Of a stretch of DNA of 64,000 nucleotides, positions 26,707 through 37,407 are shown piece after piece. Numbering within the stretch: position 1 is the stretch's first letter; every line of letters begins with the position of its first letter. Location: positions 2,274 to 66,273 of the forward strand of contig CAZTEX010000010.1 of NCBI GenBank assembly GCA_964612505.1. The letters run 5' to 3'. The notes beneath the pieces are model-generated. The model made no database searches and was not told the origin of the DNA. It saw nothing but the letters and a program-made list of their open reading frames with translations. Both the position numbers and the translations under genes were made by a program. This DNA comes from an uncultured bacterium. Lineage in GTDB: Bacteria; Chlamydiota; Chlamydiia; Chlamydiales; JAAZZY01.

Positions 26707-27849
26707 TTAGAAAATTGGCTTTTTTCTCAAACCCAAATTTTGAGTCACGCAGAAACAGACATTGTTAATGGAAGAACATACGAGATGTTTTATTTCAAGG
26801 AATCGAAAAGAGCCAAAAGGGGATGTGTCGCAACGTAATGAAGAAAAAGTTCCTTTTTTACCCAATTTTTCGATAGAATAGTCGGACATTTTTTGTTCTT
26901 GAGAGGCCCAACGCTTAATTCCTTCTTCTACCTTTTTGTCTTTTGGGTCTTCACAATTTTTAATATCAGTGATAGTAAGATTAAGATTCTTATTTTTTTT
27001 CAAAAAATCATAAAGATTTGCAAATCTTGAAAACTCTTCGACAGAAACCTTATTGTTTTTATCAGGATGAATTTTTGTTAGTTGAGTTTTCATCTTTTTA
27101 CGCATTTCAATCACATCTTGAACACCAAAACAAGACATAAAAGCACTGGCTGCTTGTTTTTTGGCATTCATAATGCAAGCTTCGATTCCAAGGTGATCTT
27201 CAGAATCTTTGAAGTAATAAGCATTGGAGCAAGATAAAAGTTGTTGATCCTCTGTAAGAACCTGTTTCCAACAGTAGCTCTGTAGAGAGCTCATCGCAGA
27301 GCTTGCCATTTTGGGAAGCTCAGAGAGCCCCCTTTGAGCATAATTATTGTAAATTAAGTAAGCAATTAGAGCGGGAGTAATAATAAACATGGCGCGTTTA
27401 AGGAATCGTTGACTGCTTAGTCCCCACTTTACATCCTGAGTAGATCCTTCTTTGCGAAGGAGGTCAATTTCTTGAATTAATCGCTGAAACTTAAATAGGT
27501 TGTTATTTGAGTTCTGAACTAAGTGATGTATTTCTGTAAATTCATCTTTTAGTAGCTGTACTTGCTTGAATTCATTCGGCTGAGTCGCTGTTTTTTCTAA
27601 ATCTAAAAGTAAGTTGTCAATTTGAGCAAAAGTATCGGTAATAGCTATTTTAGCCTCTTCCGCAGCTTGTAGTACTTGAGTGCTTGTAAGCCCTTTTCGT
27701 TCGACAATAACCTTAGGCATCAGCCTTTCCATTAGCTGATCAATTTCTTGATTACATTGTTGATAGGCTGCTTTAAAATCAGCCTGTTTTGAATCAGGCA
27801 ACGCTGTATTAAAATAGCTAAAAGGTTTCAATGAGCTAACGGAATTCAT
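26707..27849 (-). CDS. Coiled-coil + transmembrane + J-domain-like protein (effector/Inc-like)
   Basis: Heptad-rich N-terminus, hydrophobic AMFIITPALIAYLIY, then RKKMKTQLTKIHPDKNN...EEFSRFANLYDFL; start placed at MNSVSS (27849), the listed ORF begins at 27894. Confidence 0.65.
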   Translation of the reverse strand: MNSVSSLKPFSYFNTALPDSKQADFKAAYQQCNQEIDQLMERLMPKVIVERKGLTSTQVLQAAEEAKIAITDTFAQIDNLLLDLEKTATQPNEFKQVQLLKDEFTEIHHLVQNSNNNLFKFQRLIQEIDLLRKEGSTQDVKWGLSSQRFLKRAMFIITPALIAYLIYNNYAQRGLSELPKMASSAMSSLQSYCWKQVLTEDQQLLSCSNAYYFKDSEDHLGIEACIMNAKKQAASAFMSCFGVQDVIEMRKKMKTQLTKIHPDKNNKVSVEEFSRFANLYDFLKKNKNLNLTITDIKNCEDPKDKKVEEGIKRWASQEQKMSDYSIEKLGKKGTFSSLRCDTSPFGSFRFLEIKHLVCSSINNVCFCVTQNLGLRKKPIF

Positions 27850-28008
27850 TTTAAAATCAAGGGTTGATGGGTTAAAAAAAATAATATAAGACAATTATAA
27901 CACATAAGATGTAAATTTCTTATAAAGAAAACCGTAAAGTTTTTTCTTTAAAGCTTCTCTTTGGGTCCCCTATAAAAATTTTTGAAATAGCAACCTAGGT
28001 CAAAAGAG

Positions 28009-28317
28009 CTATTGCCCAAGACAAGCAGACAAAAATTCCATAGCAGTAGCGGCGACCTTTCCCCATTGTTCCATAACAGCCTCTCTACAGGATGCATAAG
28101 CTGGGGCGCAGTGAGAAACATTTCCGGTAGTATCAGTATTGACGCAGTTCTCATAGATAATATGACATTGGGCTCGCAGGCTCTCAAAGCTAGGATAATT
28201 TGCGGTTGCAAAATGGGAAGCCCATTGGGCTGTATTGTAAATAGCAGGGGCGCAATCAGCGAATGTGTATGCGGGACAAATATTTAAATCCGAAGCGCTG
28301 TCACAAGTTAATGACAT
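28009..28317 (-). CDS. Small Cys-rich hypothetical protein (8 Cys), paralog of 26232..26570
   Basis: AAAGGA RBS before MSLTC; CPAYTFADCAP motif; C-x6-C pairs. Confidence 0.75.
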   Translation of the reverse strand: MSLTCDSASDLNICPAYTFADCAPAIYNTAQWASHFATANYPSFESLRAQCHIIYENCVNTDTTGNVSHCAPAYASCREAVMEQWGKVAATAMEFLSACLGQ

Positions 28318-28624
28318 AAAAAATCCTTTTCTAAAGCTTAATAAAATCAAAGTGCGAAAATGATAGCAGAGAGGAGGTTAATTTTTTATAAATAATTTAA
28401 AAAAATGCTTTCGTTAGAAAGTTCCAAAAGGTGGACGGTCTTTTTTTTGTGATTTTCCCTCTTCTTAACGAAACCTTAAAAAAAGCTATCCTTTTCAATG
28501 AAAAGACTGTAGAATAGCTACGCATTATATTATTTACCTTCTAATCAAGCCTGACTTTTACAAATAAGAGCTTATCCAAGAGCTGTCTTGTCATCAAAAA
28601 AGTTTAGAGGTAGCAACATCGCAA

Positions 28625-29143
28625 ATGAATCAAGAACTGCTAATACGTCCCATGAATGAAAGTGATGTGGCTAAAATGGGTAGACAATTTACTTTTCCTT
28701 GGTCTAATCCTGAAAAAACAGCTCAAACTTGGAAAAACTACTACGAAGAGCAACAACAAGGGCTTCGCAGTGTGATCCTATTAGAAATGGGAGAAATCCT
28801 AGGCTATGGGAGTTTACTCAGAGAGTCAAGGTATCCTTTCTTTTTAAATCTAGCTATTCCAGAAGTGCATGATCTATGGATTGATCAAAAATATCGAAGG
28901 CAAGGGTTTGGAAAGACGCTTATTAAGGCCATTGAACAGAGAGCTAAAGAAGAAAACTATCTGCAAATCGGTCTGGGAGTCGGGTTATATAAAGATTATG
29001 GTCAAGCACAAAGGCTTTACATTTCTTTAGGATATATCCCTGTAGGGGAAGGCATCACCTATAAAAGTCAAACTGCAATTGCTGGGGAAAGCTATCTCTT
29101 AGATGATGATCTACTCCTTTGGCTAATAAAAACACTGAGATGA
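28625..29143 (+). CDS. GNAT family N-acetyltransferase
   Basis: Acetyl-CoA motif A IDQKYRRQGFGKTLI; AQRLYISLGY. Confidence 0.9.
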   Translation: MNQELLIRPMNESDVAKMGRQFTFPWSNPEKTAQTWKNYYEEQQQGLRSVILLEMGEILGYGSLLRESRYPFFLNLAIPEVHDLWIDQKYRRQGFGKTLIKAIEQRAKEENYLQIGLGVGLYKDYGQAQRLYISLGYIPVGEGITYKSQTAIAGESYLLDDDLLLWLIKTLR

Positions 29144-29151
29144 AATAAATC

Positions 29152-30905
29152 ATGAATTTAACCGCTTTTATTTTCAAATTTGTCCGACGGCAGCGATGGC
29201 TATTTAGTTCCATCATGCTTTTAAGCTTGATGTGGGTTTTTGAAATGTTATTTTGGCCTTTTTTCCTTGGAAAAATTGTAAATATTTTAGCATTTAATGA
29301 CCTTGATCGTCTTTCGGTATGGCCTATGTTAAAACCTTTACTCATTTGGGGTGCTGGCGCTTGGATCTTGATGGAGTTTGTCTTTCGCTATAGAGATTTT
29401 TTGCAGTCTTGCGCTTTGCCCAAGTTAGAGGCCGATATTCGCATGACCATGTTTGATCACGTACAGCATCATTCACCCAAATATTTTAATGAACATTTCT
29501 CAGGAAGCTTAGCCAATAAAATTGGAGATATGGTTTTAGCCAATAGCTCCATTTTAAGAATTGCTTTGATGAACTTAATCCCTGTAAGCGTCATGACAAT
29601 TGTCACTGTGTTTATCTTTTCTCAAATCAATCTTTACTTAGCTTTGATCATTGGGATTTGGATCGTCGTTCATTTCTTCTTATGTTGGTTTTATACCCTC
29701 AAATGCACCGAATATTCCTCTCACCATGGAGCGCTTAGAAGTGTGTTAATAGGGAAAATTGTCGATAGTTTCACAAATAATTTTGCGGTGAATCTATTTT
29801 TTCGATTTCGTTTTGAAAAAGCTCACGTTGCTTCCTATCAGAAAGAAGAGCAAAAAGCCAATTATAAAGCGCAAGTTTATGCGGTTAAAATGTGGTCTTA
29901 TTTATGCGCCGCTCTTGCCATCGAAATGTTTATTTTAATAGGGTTTGCGACGTTTTATTGGATGCATGAAAAAATCACAACAGGGGAAGTGGTCCAAGTC
30001 TTTTATACGATATGGAATGTAAGCATGGCTCTTTTGTTTGTTGCCGATCAAGCTCCTGAATTTTTCCAATCTTTAGGTATTGCTAAGCAAGCCCTTACCA
30101 TCATGAATGATCCTCAAGACATTCTAGATCCTGAAGGTGCTACAGATCTTGCTAGCAAAAAAGGGGAAATTGTCTTTGAAGGGGTCTCTTTTTCATATGG
30201 GAAGAAATCTATTTTTGAAAATAAAAACATTCGAATTGAGGCAGGGGAAAAAGTAGGCCTTGTCGGCTATTCAGGGGCAGGCAAATCCACTTTTGTCAAT
30301 CTGATTCTCCACTTTTTCGCTCTAGAAAAAGGGAGAATTTTAATTGATGGGCAAGATATCTCAAAGGTCACTTTAGAATCTCTTCGCAACTCAATTGCCC
30401 TTATTCCCCAAGATCCAATTTTGTTCACCGTACCTTAGAAGATAATATTCGCTATGGGCAAGAGAATGCAGGGGCAGAAGAGGTCATTGCTGCAGCCAAG
30501 CTCGCTCATTGCGATGAGTTTATCAAAAAATGTGCGAATGGGTATCAAACTCTAGTGGGTGAAAGGGGAACTAAACTTTCAGGAGGGGAAAAGCAACGGA
30601 TTGCAATTGCTAGAGCCATGCTTTTAAAAACCCCTATCCTTATTTTAGATGAAGCAACCTCCGCGTTAGATTCAGTGACAGAAAAATATATTCAAGAAAG
30701 TTTAGACAAGTTAATGACCAATCGAACCACTCTTGTTGTGGCGCATCGGCTATCAACTCTATCCAAGATGGATAGGATCTTAGTTTTTGATCAGGGAAAA
30801 ATTATCGAAGAGGGATCTCATTTAGACCTATTAAGCAAAAACGGCCATTATGCCCATATGTGGCGGATGCAGGTCGGAGGATTTCTTCCAGATAAGCCAA
30901 GTTGA
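29152..30905 (+). pseudogene. ABC exporter (TMD-NBD) split by a single-base deletion near 30424
   Basis: TTG TTC ACC GTA CCT TAG reads the conserved LFHRTLEDNIRYG if one T is restored; that frame continues into LSGGEKQR and LDEATS of the 30555..30905 ORF. Confidence 0.85.
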
Positions 30906-31086
30906 GCTTGTTAAGATTGTTAGCAGTAAAGTCGACTTGTTTTATTACATTGTTGGTAGATGGCTTTAAAACCAGCCCATTTTAAGCTTTTAAGAGACAA
31001 TTATTTTCTAGCTATAATTCTTAAGAGCACTTATCATCAATGGATACCCTTATCCATTTAATCTTTGTGTTAATCTAAAATTAAAA

Positions 31087-32703
31087 TTGACAATGATCTC
31101 AATACAACATATCGCCCTTTCTTATGGATCTAAGCTTCTCTTTGATGATGTTAACCTACATCTAAGTGGCCAAAATCGCTATGGCCTTGTAGGAGCTAAT
31201 GGAGCGGGTAAATCGACTTTCTTAAAGCTGTTAATGCGAGAAGTTGAACCTTTGATGGGGGAAATTGCCATTTCCAAAAGTTCACAGGTGGGTTGGCTCA
31301 AGCAAGATCAAGATCTTTTTTTAGAAGAGACCATTCTTTCCATTGTCTTAAGAGGGCATGTTGAGTTGTGGGCCGTTTTTGAAAAGAAAGAAAAACTCCT
31401 TCAAAATGAAACCTTATCTGATAAAGAGATTAATCAATTAGTAGAAATTGAAGAGACGATCGATCGCCTTAATGGCTATGCAGCCGAATCTAAAGCTGAA
31501 GATCTTCTTGTTGGACTTGGAGTTCCTAAAGAACTTCATTTACAACCTCTAAAATCTTTTTCAGGAGGCTATAAATTAAGGGTGTTACTAGCCCGAACTC
31601 TTTTTCATCAACCTGACATATTACTTTTAGATGAACCGACGAACTATTTAGATATCGTCACCATTCATTGGCTAGCTAACTACTTGGCCAATATGTTTAA
31701 AGGAATGTTAATAGTGACCTCTCACGATCATCACTTTTTAAATAGGGTTTGTAATTATATCCTCGACGTTGATTATGGAGAAATTCGCTGCTACACTGGA
31801 AACTACGATCAATTTGTAGTGCAAAAAAAATTGCTGCATGAGCAAAAAGAGATTTTCAGGAAAAATCAACAAAAACATGTTGATCGGATGCAAGAATTTA
31901 TTGATCGTTTTCGAGCTAAAGCTTCTAAAGCCAAGCAAGCACAATCCAAAGAAAAACAACTTGAAAAACTCGAATGGCCTAAAGTCGATGTCAGCTCTAG
32001 AAAATATTTGAACCTCTCTTTCCAAGTTGGGAAAAAATCGGGAAAAATTACTTTAGCTGTTAACAAACTCTCTAAGCAATTTGGAGAAAAAGTACTCTTT
32101 AAAGATTTTAGCTTTCAAGTGCATCGGGGAGAAAAAGTAGGTATTTTAGGCCCCAATGGAGTTGGTAAATCAACGCTTCTCAAATTAATTCTGAAAGAAC
32201 TAGAGCCTACTTCTGGTGCTGTTGAATGGGGGTTTGATTTAGCCCTTGGCTACTTTGCCCAAGAATCGTATGAGCAACTTTCAGGCAAAGACACCATTAT
32301 TGAGTGGCTTTCAAACCACACTTCGCGCGTCTCTGAGCAGCAAATTAGAGCAACACTGGGGCGAGTTTTATTTACTCAAGATGACCATTTCAAGACGCTC
32401 AATGTGCTCAGTGGGGGAGAAAAAGCAAGACTCGTACTTGCTAAAATGATGCTGGAGGGTTCTAACACCCTCATCATGGATGAGCCAACCAACCACTTAG
32501 ACTTGGAAGGGAGAGAATCATTAGCAGAAGCTTTAGTAAAGTATCCGGGGACTGTCATTTTTGTCAGTCACGATCAGGCTTTTATCGATGTATTATCTAC
32601 ACGCATTATTTATTTAAACGGCAAAAACTCTTTAGATTATGCCGGTACCTATCAAGAGTTTATTGCAAAAAACGCTCATCTGAATTTCCAAATTAAAAAG
32701 TAG
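31087..32703 (+). CDS. ABC-F family ATP-binding protein (YbiT-like)
   Basis: Two NBDs (GANGAGKST, FSGG, LLLDEPTN; GPNGVGKST, LSGGE, MDEPTNHLD), no TM segments. Confidence 0.93.
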   Translation: MTMISIQHIALSYGSKLLFDDVNLHLSGQNRYGLVGANGAGKSTFLKLLMREVEPLMGEIAISKSSQVGWLKQDQDLFLEETILSIVLRGHVELWAVFEKKEKLLQNETLSDKEINQLVEIEETIDRLNGYAAESKAEDLLVGLGVPKELHLQPLKSFSGGYKLRVLLARTLFHQPDILLLDEPTNYLDIVTIHWLANYLANMFKGMLIVTSHDHHFLNRVCNYILDVDYGEIRCYTGNYDQFVVQKKLLHEQKEIFRKNQQKHVDRMQEFIDRFRAKASKAKQAQSKEKQLEKLEWPKVDVSSRKYLNLSFQVGKKSGKITLAVNKLSKQFGEKVLFKDFSFQVHRGEKVGILGPNGVGKSTLLKLILKELEPTSGAVEWGFDLALGYFAQESYEQLSGKDTIIEWLSNHTSRVSEQQIRATLGRVLFTQDDHFKTLNVLSGGEKARLVLAKMMLEGSNTLIMDEPTNHLDLEGRESLAEALVKYPGTVIFVSHDQAFIDVLSTRIIYLNGKNSLDYAGTYQEFIAKNAHLNFQIKK

Positions 32704-32706
32704 TTT

Positions 32707-33588
32707 TCAAGCTTTGCAAAGGCAAACGAGGCCACTTTGCGTCATGACGATAATGAGAGAAAAGATAAACATCTTTCTGGCCCAAGCTTTATCATCTTTT
32801 GCTGAGTAACCCCTGTAAGATAAAAAAAGCCATAGGGTTGCAAGAGCTAGCATGATAAGAGCAAAAACAGAGTTCAGATAACCCAACAAATACAAAGACT
32901 CAGCGCTAGCAAGATAAGCTAGAGTGTAAAAGAGCATTTGCGTTTTAGTGGCCCTCACTCCTTTCACCACCGGAAGAACAGGGATATTGCCAAGAGCATA
33001 ATCTTTCAGTCGATAAATAGAGATGGCATAAAAGTGGGGCATTTGCCAAAGAAGGATCGTTAAAAAAATTAAAAAGCCTTTGAGGTCTAATGTGTTGGAA
33101 AGAGCCAAATATCCCACTAAAGTGGGGATGGCTCCAGCGAAACTGCCAAGAAGTGTGCAGAGAGGCGAGTGGTATTTTAATAAACTATAGATAAAGACAT
33201 AGGTTACAAAACCAAAAAGAGCCGCATAAGCACTATAGCAGGAAGTTAGGAAGTAGAGGAGATAAAAGCCAAAAAGAGCGCAGATAGAGGCAAAAAAAAG
33301 TGCCTTTGGGCTGGAGATAACTCCTGTAACTAGCGGTCTACCTTGAGTTCTTTGCATCTTAGCATCTAAGAAGCGGTCGATGTAGTTATTAAAAGTGCAG
33401 GCAGAGGCAATGACTAAAGAGAGACCCAGTAGCATTGAACCTAATTTGAAAATGGAAAAAGGTCCTGCTAGCGCGAGGATAAAACCAGATAAAGCGGTGA
33501 TTAAATTACCAAAAACAATACCTGGTTTTACTAGAGCGAAATAGTTTTTGAGGATCTCAGAAAAACGAACTTGAATGGCTCTTTGCAT
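32707..33588 (-). CDS. cyoE: Protoheme IX farnesyltransferase (heme O synthase)
   Basis: LVKPGIV, NNYIDRFLDAKMQRTQGRPL, LWQMPHFYAI. Confidence 0.95.
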   Translation of the reverse strand: MQRAIQVRFSEILKNYFALVKPGIVFGNLITALSGFILALAGPFSIFKLGSMLLGLSLVIASACTFNNYIDRFLDAKMQRTQGRPLVTGVISSPKALFFASICALFGFYLLYFLTSCYSAYAALFGFVTYVFIYSLLKYHSPLCTLLGSFAGAIPTLVGYLALSNTLDLKGFLIFLTILLWQMPHFYAISIYRLKDYALGNIPVLPVVKGVRATKTQMLFYTLAYLASAESLYLLGYLNSVFALIMLALATLWLFLSYRGYSAKDDKAWARKMFIFSLIIVMTQSGLVCLCKA

Positions 33589-33699
33589 GAAATCGAAATT
33601 ATTTAGCTTATTGGTATTTTTTCTTTTAACGTAAATGTGTATTAGGGGCTAGTGAAAAAATAAAGGGCTATGGTAAGGGTAGGAAAAAAGTGAGGGAAA

Positions 33700-33891
33700 A
33701 TGAAAAAAAAGAATTCTATCGTGATGCTTTTAAGTCTTTTGTTTCCTTTAACATCTTGTCATTATACCGATGATCCTTCCTCGACTAAAAGTAAACCCGT
33801 CACCCAAATAGGGGACTGTAATAAAGAGGCATGTTCTTGCAAAAATAGCTGCGCTTGTAGCTCTAAATGCCCATGCTCTTGCAATAGTTAG
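33700..33891 (+). CDS. Small lipoprotein with metallothionein-like Cys-rich tail
   Basis: MKKK + hydrophobic stretch + LTSC lipobox; tail CNKEACSCKNSCACSSKCPCSC has 8 Cys; GAGG RBS upstream. Confidence 0.75.
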   Translation: MKKKNSIVMLLSLLFPLTSCHYTDDPSSTKSKPVTQIGDCNKEACSCKNSCACSSKCPCSCNS

Positions 33892-33934
33892 TCCAAGCTT
33901 GTAGAATACGCTTATTTAAAAGAACATTCTACCA

Positions 33935-34498
33935 ATGGTAAAAGCTATTTTCATTCCAGGTAATGGGGGATCTTCCACTCAAGACAACTGGTTTCCAGCT
34001 GTTAAATTAGAGCTAGAGGCCCATGGGGTTGAAGTTATTTCCGTTGTGTTTCCCGATCCTTATCTTGCTAGACAATCTTATTGGATACCCTTTTTAAGAG
34101 ATGAGTTGAAAGCAGATGAAAAGACGATCCTTATTGGTCATTCATCAGGTGCTATTGCAGCCATGAGATTTGCTGAAGAATATCTTATTTTGGGCTCTGT
34201 CCTTGTTGGCGCTTATCACACAGATCTTGGAATGGAAAGTGAAAAAAAATCAGGCTATTTTGATAAAGCTTGGAATTGGGATGCGATCAAATGCAATCAG
34301 CAATGGACTATTTTATTTGCCTCACAAGATGATCCGTGGATCCCTGTCAAAGAGCCGCGTTATTTACACGAGCAGCTAGATTGCGAATACCATGAATTTA
34401 AAGATCAAGGGCACTTTGGAGGAGACTATCATAAACCAACTTTCCTCGAGCTCTCTACAGCTATTTTGCGCCATCTTCATAAAGATGTTCAAAGTTAA
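33935..34498 (+). CDS. RBBP9/YdeN family alpha/beta hydrolase
   Basis: IPGNGG, nucleophile GHSSG, DDPWIP, GHF. Confidence 0.9.
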   Translation: MVKAIFIPGNGGSSTQDNWFPAVKLELEAHGVEVISVVFPDPYLARQSYWIPFLRDELKADEKTILIGHSSGAIAAMRFAEEYLILGSVLVGAYHTDLGMESEKKSGYFDKAWNWDAIKCNQQWTILFASQDDPWIPVKEPRYLHEQLDCEYHEFKDQGHFGGDYHKPTFLELSTAILRHLHKDVQS

Positions 34499-34842
34499 TG
34501 AGCCATACCAGGCATATCAGGCATGGATGGCATCAAGTTATAATTGACGCTGCTCATAATCCACATCGATCCGCCGATGATAATCACAATAACCATAATC
34601 GTAAAAAGTAAAGAGAGAAGATTCCAGCGAGGTTTTTCTTCATTGGTAATTTGAAAGAAGAAAATGAGCTGAACAATGGCTTGGACGATGGCTAAACCCA
34701 CTAAAGTAAAAGCCAGATGAGGTAAAATCAGAAAATCTTTGATCGCAAAAAAATAAATGACAATTGTGAGAGCTATCGATACTAGATAGCTGATAATAGT
34801 TGGTTTAATATCTTTATTCCATTCATGAGTAGGATCGAGCAT
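34495..34842 (-). CDS. cyoD: Cytochrome bo3 ubiquinol oxidase subunit IV
   Basis: Three TM helices, QAIVQLIFF, GSMWIM; operon position. Confidence 0.92.
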   Translation of the reverse strand: MLDPTHEWNKDIKPTIISYLVSIALTIVIYFFAIKDFLILPHLAFTLVGLAIVQAIVQLIFFFQITNEEKPRWNLLSLLFTIMVIVIIIGGSMWIMSSVNYNLMPSMPDMPGMAH

Positions 34843-35445
34843 CTATTTCACTCCTAGTAGATAAACAATAGTAAAAATAAATATCCAAACGATATTTAAA
34901 AATTGCCAAAACATTCTTAAGCACGTGATTCTTTTAATGCTTGTTGGACTAATTCCGTGAGTGATAATAGGAATAGCTAAGACGATAATCCAAAGTAAGC
35001 CAAATAAAATATGCAATAGATGTGTGCCAATGATTGTAAAGTAAGCTGACAAGAAGGCGCTGTTTTTCCAGCTAAATCCCTGCGAAAGGAAGCGTGAAAA
35101 CTCCTGGTGACCCATGACCACAAAAGAACAACCGAGCAAGAAAGTGAGTAATAAAGAAATGAGAGCTGCTTTTTTATTTTCTCGATGAGTGTAGGCGCCA
35201 GCAAGACCTATCGTAAAGCTTGCTGAAAGCAAAATAAGAGTTTGGGTAAGGGTAAAGTGTAAATGAAAAAGATCAGAACCTGCAGGTCCCCCAAAGGTGC
35301 TACTTTGTAAAACGACATAGGTGGCGATCAAGGCCCCAAACAAAATAAAGTCTGTCAGTAAATAAATCCAAAAACCAAAAACTGTTTTTGAATAAACATC
35401 ATGATGAGGGTCGGGATAATTTTCATGGATGAGAGGATCGCTCAT
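34843..35445 (-). CDS. cyoC: Cytochrome bo3 ubiquinol oxidase subunit III
   Basis: [33 protein letters not shown]. Confidence 0.95.
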   Translation of the reverse strand: MSDPLIHENYPDPHHDVYSKTVFGFWIYLLTDFILFGALIATYVVLQSSTFGGPAGSDLFHLHFTLTQTLILLSASFTIGLAGAYTHRENKKAALISLLLTFLLGCSFVVMGHQEFSRFLSQGFSWKNSAFLSAYFTIIGTHLLHILFGLLWIIVLAIPIITHGISPTSIKRITCLRMFWQFLNIVWIFIFTIVYLLGVK

Positions 35446-37406
35446 GCTGTTTTTTTCCTATTTTCAATCTTCTTAATGACATCGACTTTGACATGGTAAT
35501 CTGTATTTTTTTCATAAAGTCTTGCAATGATAACAGCTATTAAACCAATGGCGCTCACAATCGCCAGCCAAAACATATGCCAAACAAGAGCAAAGCCAAA
35601 GATAAAGCTAATGGCGCCGATATAAAATCCAGCAGGGGTGTTTTTGGGCATGTGAATTTCTTGATAAGAAACATTTTTAGGACGAGTTTGATTATTTTTT
35701 TTCATCTCCCAAAAAGCATCTCTGGAGTGAACTTCTGGTTCGATGGCAAAATTATAAAAAGGAGGGGGTGAAGTTGTAGACCATTCTAAATTGTGACCGT
35801 CCCAAGGATCGCCTGTTGTGTCTTTGAGTTGATCTCTTTGCCGATAGCTTACATAAACTTGTAAAATTTGGAGTCCAACTCCCGCTAAAATAATGAGGCC
35901 ACCGATCGCTGCAACAACAAAAAGAGGCTGCCAAGTGGGATTCGTATAATGGCTAAGTCTTCGTGTGGCTCCCATAAAACCTAAAATATACAGTGGCATG
36001 AAAGCTAAAAGAAAGCCAATCAGCCAACACCAAAAAGCATATTTCCCTAAAGTTTCGTTGAGCCTATAGCCTGCAAATTTAGGGAACCAATAGGCAAAAC
36101 CCCCAAAAGTTCCAAAAACGACACCACCAATAATAACAGAGTGGAAGTGGGCAATTAAAAATAAGCTGTTATGGAGTTGAAAGTCTGCGGCAGGAATCGC
36201 CATTAAAACGCCGGCAACACCTCCTAAGACAAAGACAACGACAAAACCTAAAAACCAGTACATCGGAGTGGTATACTCTACTCTTCCTTGATACAAAGTA
36301 AAGAGCCAGTTAAAAATTTTAACCCCTGTAGGCACTGCAATAATCATCGTCATAATGCCAAAGAAAGCATTGACGTTTGCTCCTGCGCCCATGGTGAAGA
36401 AGTGGTGTAGCCAAACGATAAAAGATAAAAAGGTAATTGCAAAAATAGCCCACACCATCGAAGTATAGCCAAACAGTTTTTTCTTTGAAAAAACAGGGAC
36501 ATATTCAGAGAAGATACCAAAGATAGGGAGAATTAAAATATAAACCTCTGGATGACCCCATGCCCAAATTAAATTAATATACATCATCGGGTTACCACCA
36601 TATTCAGCAGTAAAAAGGCGGGTGAGGATGAGGCGATCCGTTGAGAGCATCCCGATCACCGCTGTTAAAATAGGAAAGGCAAAAATCACTAAGATCATCG
36701 TTGCTAAAACAGCCCAGACAAAAATAGGCATGCGCATTAAAGTCATCCCTTTGCAGCGCATCTTTAAAATGGTGACTAAAAAATTAATTCCCGAGATTAA
36801 GCTACCCGCCCCGGATATCTGAATGCTCCAGAGCCAATAGTCGACCCCTTCTCCAGGATTATATTTTAATCCTGAAAGAGGAGGGTATGCGGTCCAGCCA
36901 GTTCCTGCAAAGTCGCCAATAATTAAAGAGACTAAAATATATAAAGAACCAGAGGCAAATAACCAAAAGCTCAAAGAATTTAAAAAAGGGAAAGCGACAT
37001 CTCTAGCTCCTATTTGCAAAGGCAAAATAAGATTAATCGATCCAAAAACAATTCCCATGGCCACAAAAAAGATCATGGTGACGCCGTGAGCCGTGAAGAT
37101 CTGCTGGTAGTGATCGGGTCCTAAGTAGCCCATCGAATCGCCCATAGCAAAAGCCTGCTGAGCGCGCATCATGAGGGCATCGACAAAACCTTTTAAGAGC
37201 ATGATGAATGCCACGACTAAATACATGACACCAATTTTTTTGTGATCGACAGAGGTAATCCATTCATTCCATAGCCATCGCCAACGTTTAAGATGGGTAA
37301 TTAAAGCGATTAAGCCAATAGCACCCAAAATAATCGAACCATCGGCTATGTATTCGATCCAATCATGTTTAAAAGCGTCAAGAGTGAGTCGTCCCCAAAA
37401 ATGCAT
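35442..37406 (-). CDS. cyoB: Cytochrome bo3 ubiquinol oxidase subunit I
   Basis: [28 protein letters not shown] heme-copper ligands. Confidence 0.97.
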   Translation of the reverse strand: MHFWGRLTLDAFKHDWIEYIADGSIILGAIGLIALITHLKRWRWLWNEWITSVDHKKIGVMYLVVAFIMLLKGFVDALMMRAQQAFAMGDSMGYLGPDHYQQIFTAHGVTMIFFVAMGIVFGSINLILPLQIGARDVAFPFLNSLSFWLFASGSLYILVSLIIGDFAGTGWTAYPPLSGLKYNPGEGVDYWLWSIQISGAGSLISGINFLVTILKMRCKGMTLMRMPIFVWAVLATMILVIFAFPILTAVIGMLSTDRLILTRLFTAEYGGNPMMYINLIWAWGHPEVYILILPIFGIFSEYVPVFSKKKLFGYTSMVWAIFAITFLSFIVWLHHFFTMGAGANVNAFFGIMTMIIAVPTGVKIFNWLFTLYQGRVEYTTPMYWFLGFVVVFVLGGVAGVLMAIPAADFQLHNSLFLIAHFHSVIIGGVVFGTFGGFAYWFPKFAGYRLNETLGKYAFWCWLIGFLLAFMPLYILGFMGATRRLSHYTNPTWQPLFVVAAIGGLIILAGVGLQILQVYVSYRQRDQLKDTTGDPWDGHNLEWSTTSPPPFYNFAIEPEVHSRDAFWEMKKNNQTRPKNVSYQEIHMPKNTPAGFYIGAISFIFGFALVWHMFWLAIVSAIGLIAVIIARLYEKNTDYHVKVDVIKKIENRKKTA

Positions 37407-37407
37407 C

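Noticed and set aside
27948-28287. ORFs 27948..28211 (-) and 28012..28287 (+)
   Set aside because: They overlap the Cys-rich gene, which is supported by a paralog and an RBS.
34977-37263. Several short ORFs inside cyoB and cyoC
   Set aside because: Alternate-frame shadows of conserved oxidase subunits.
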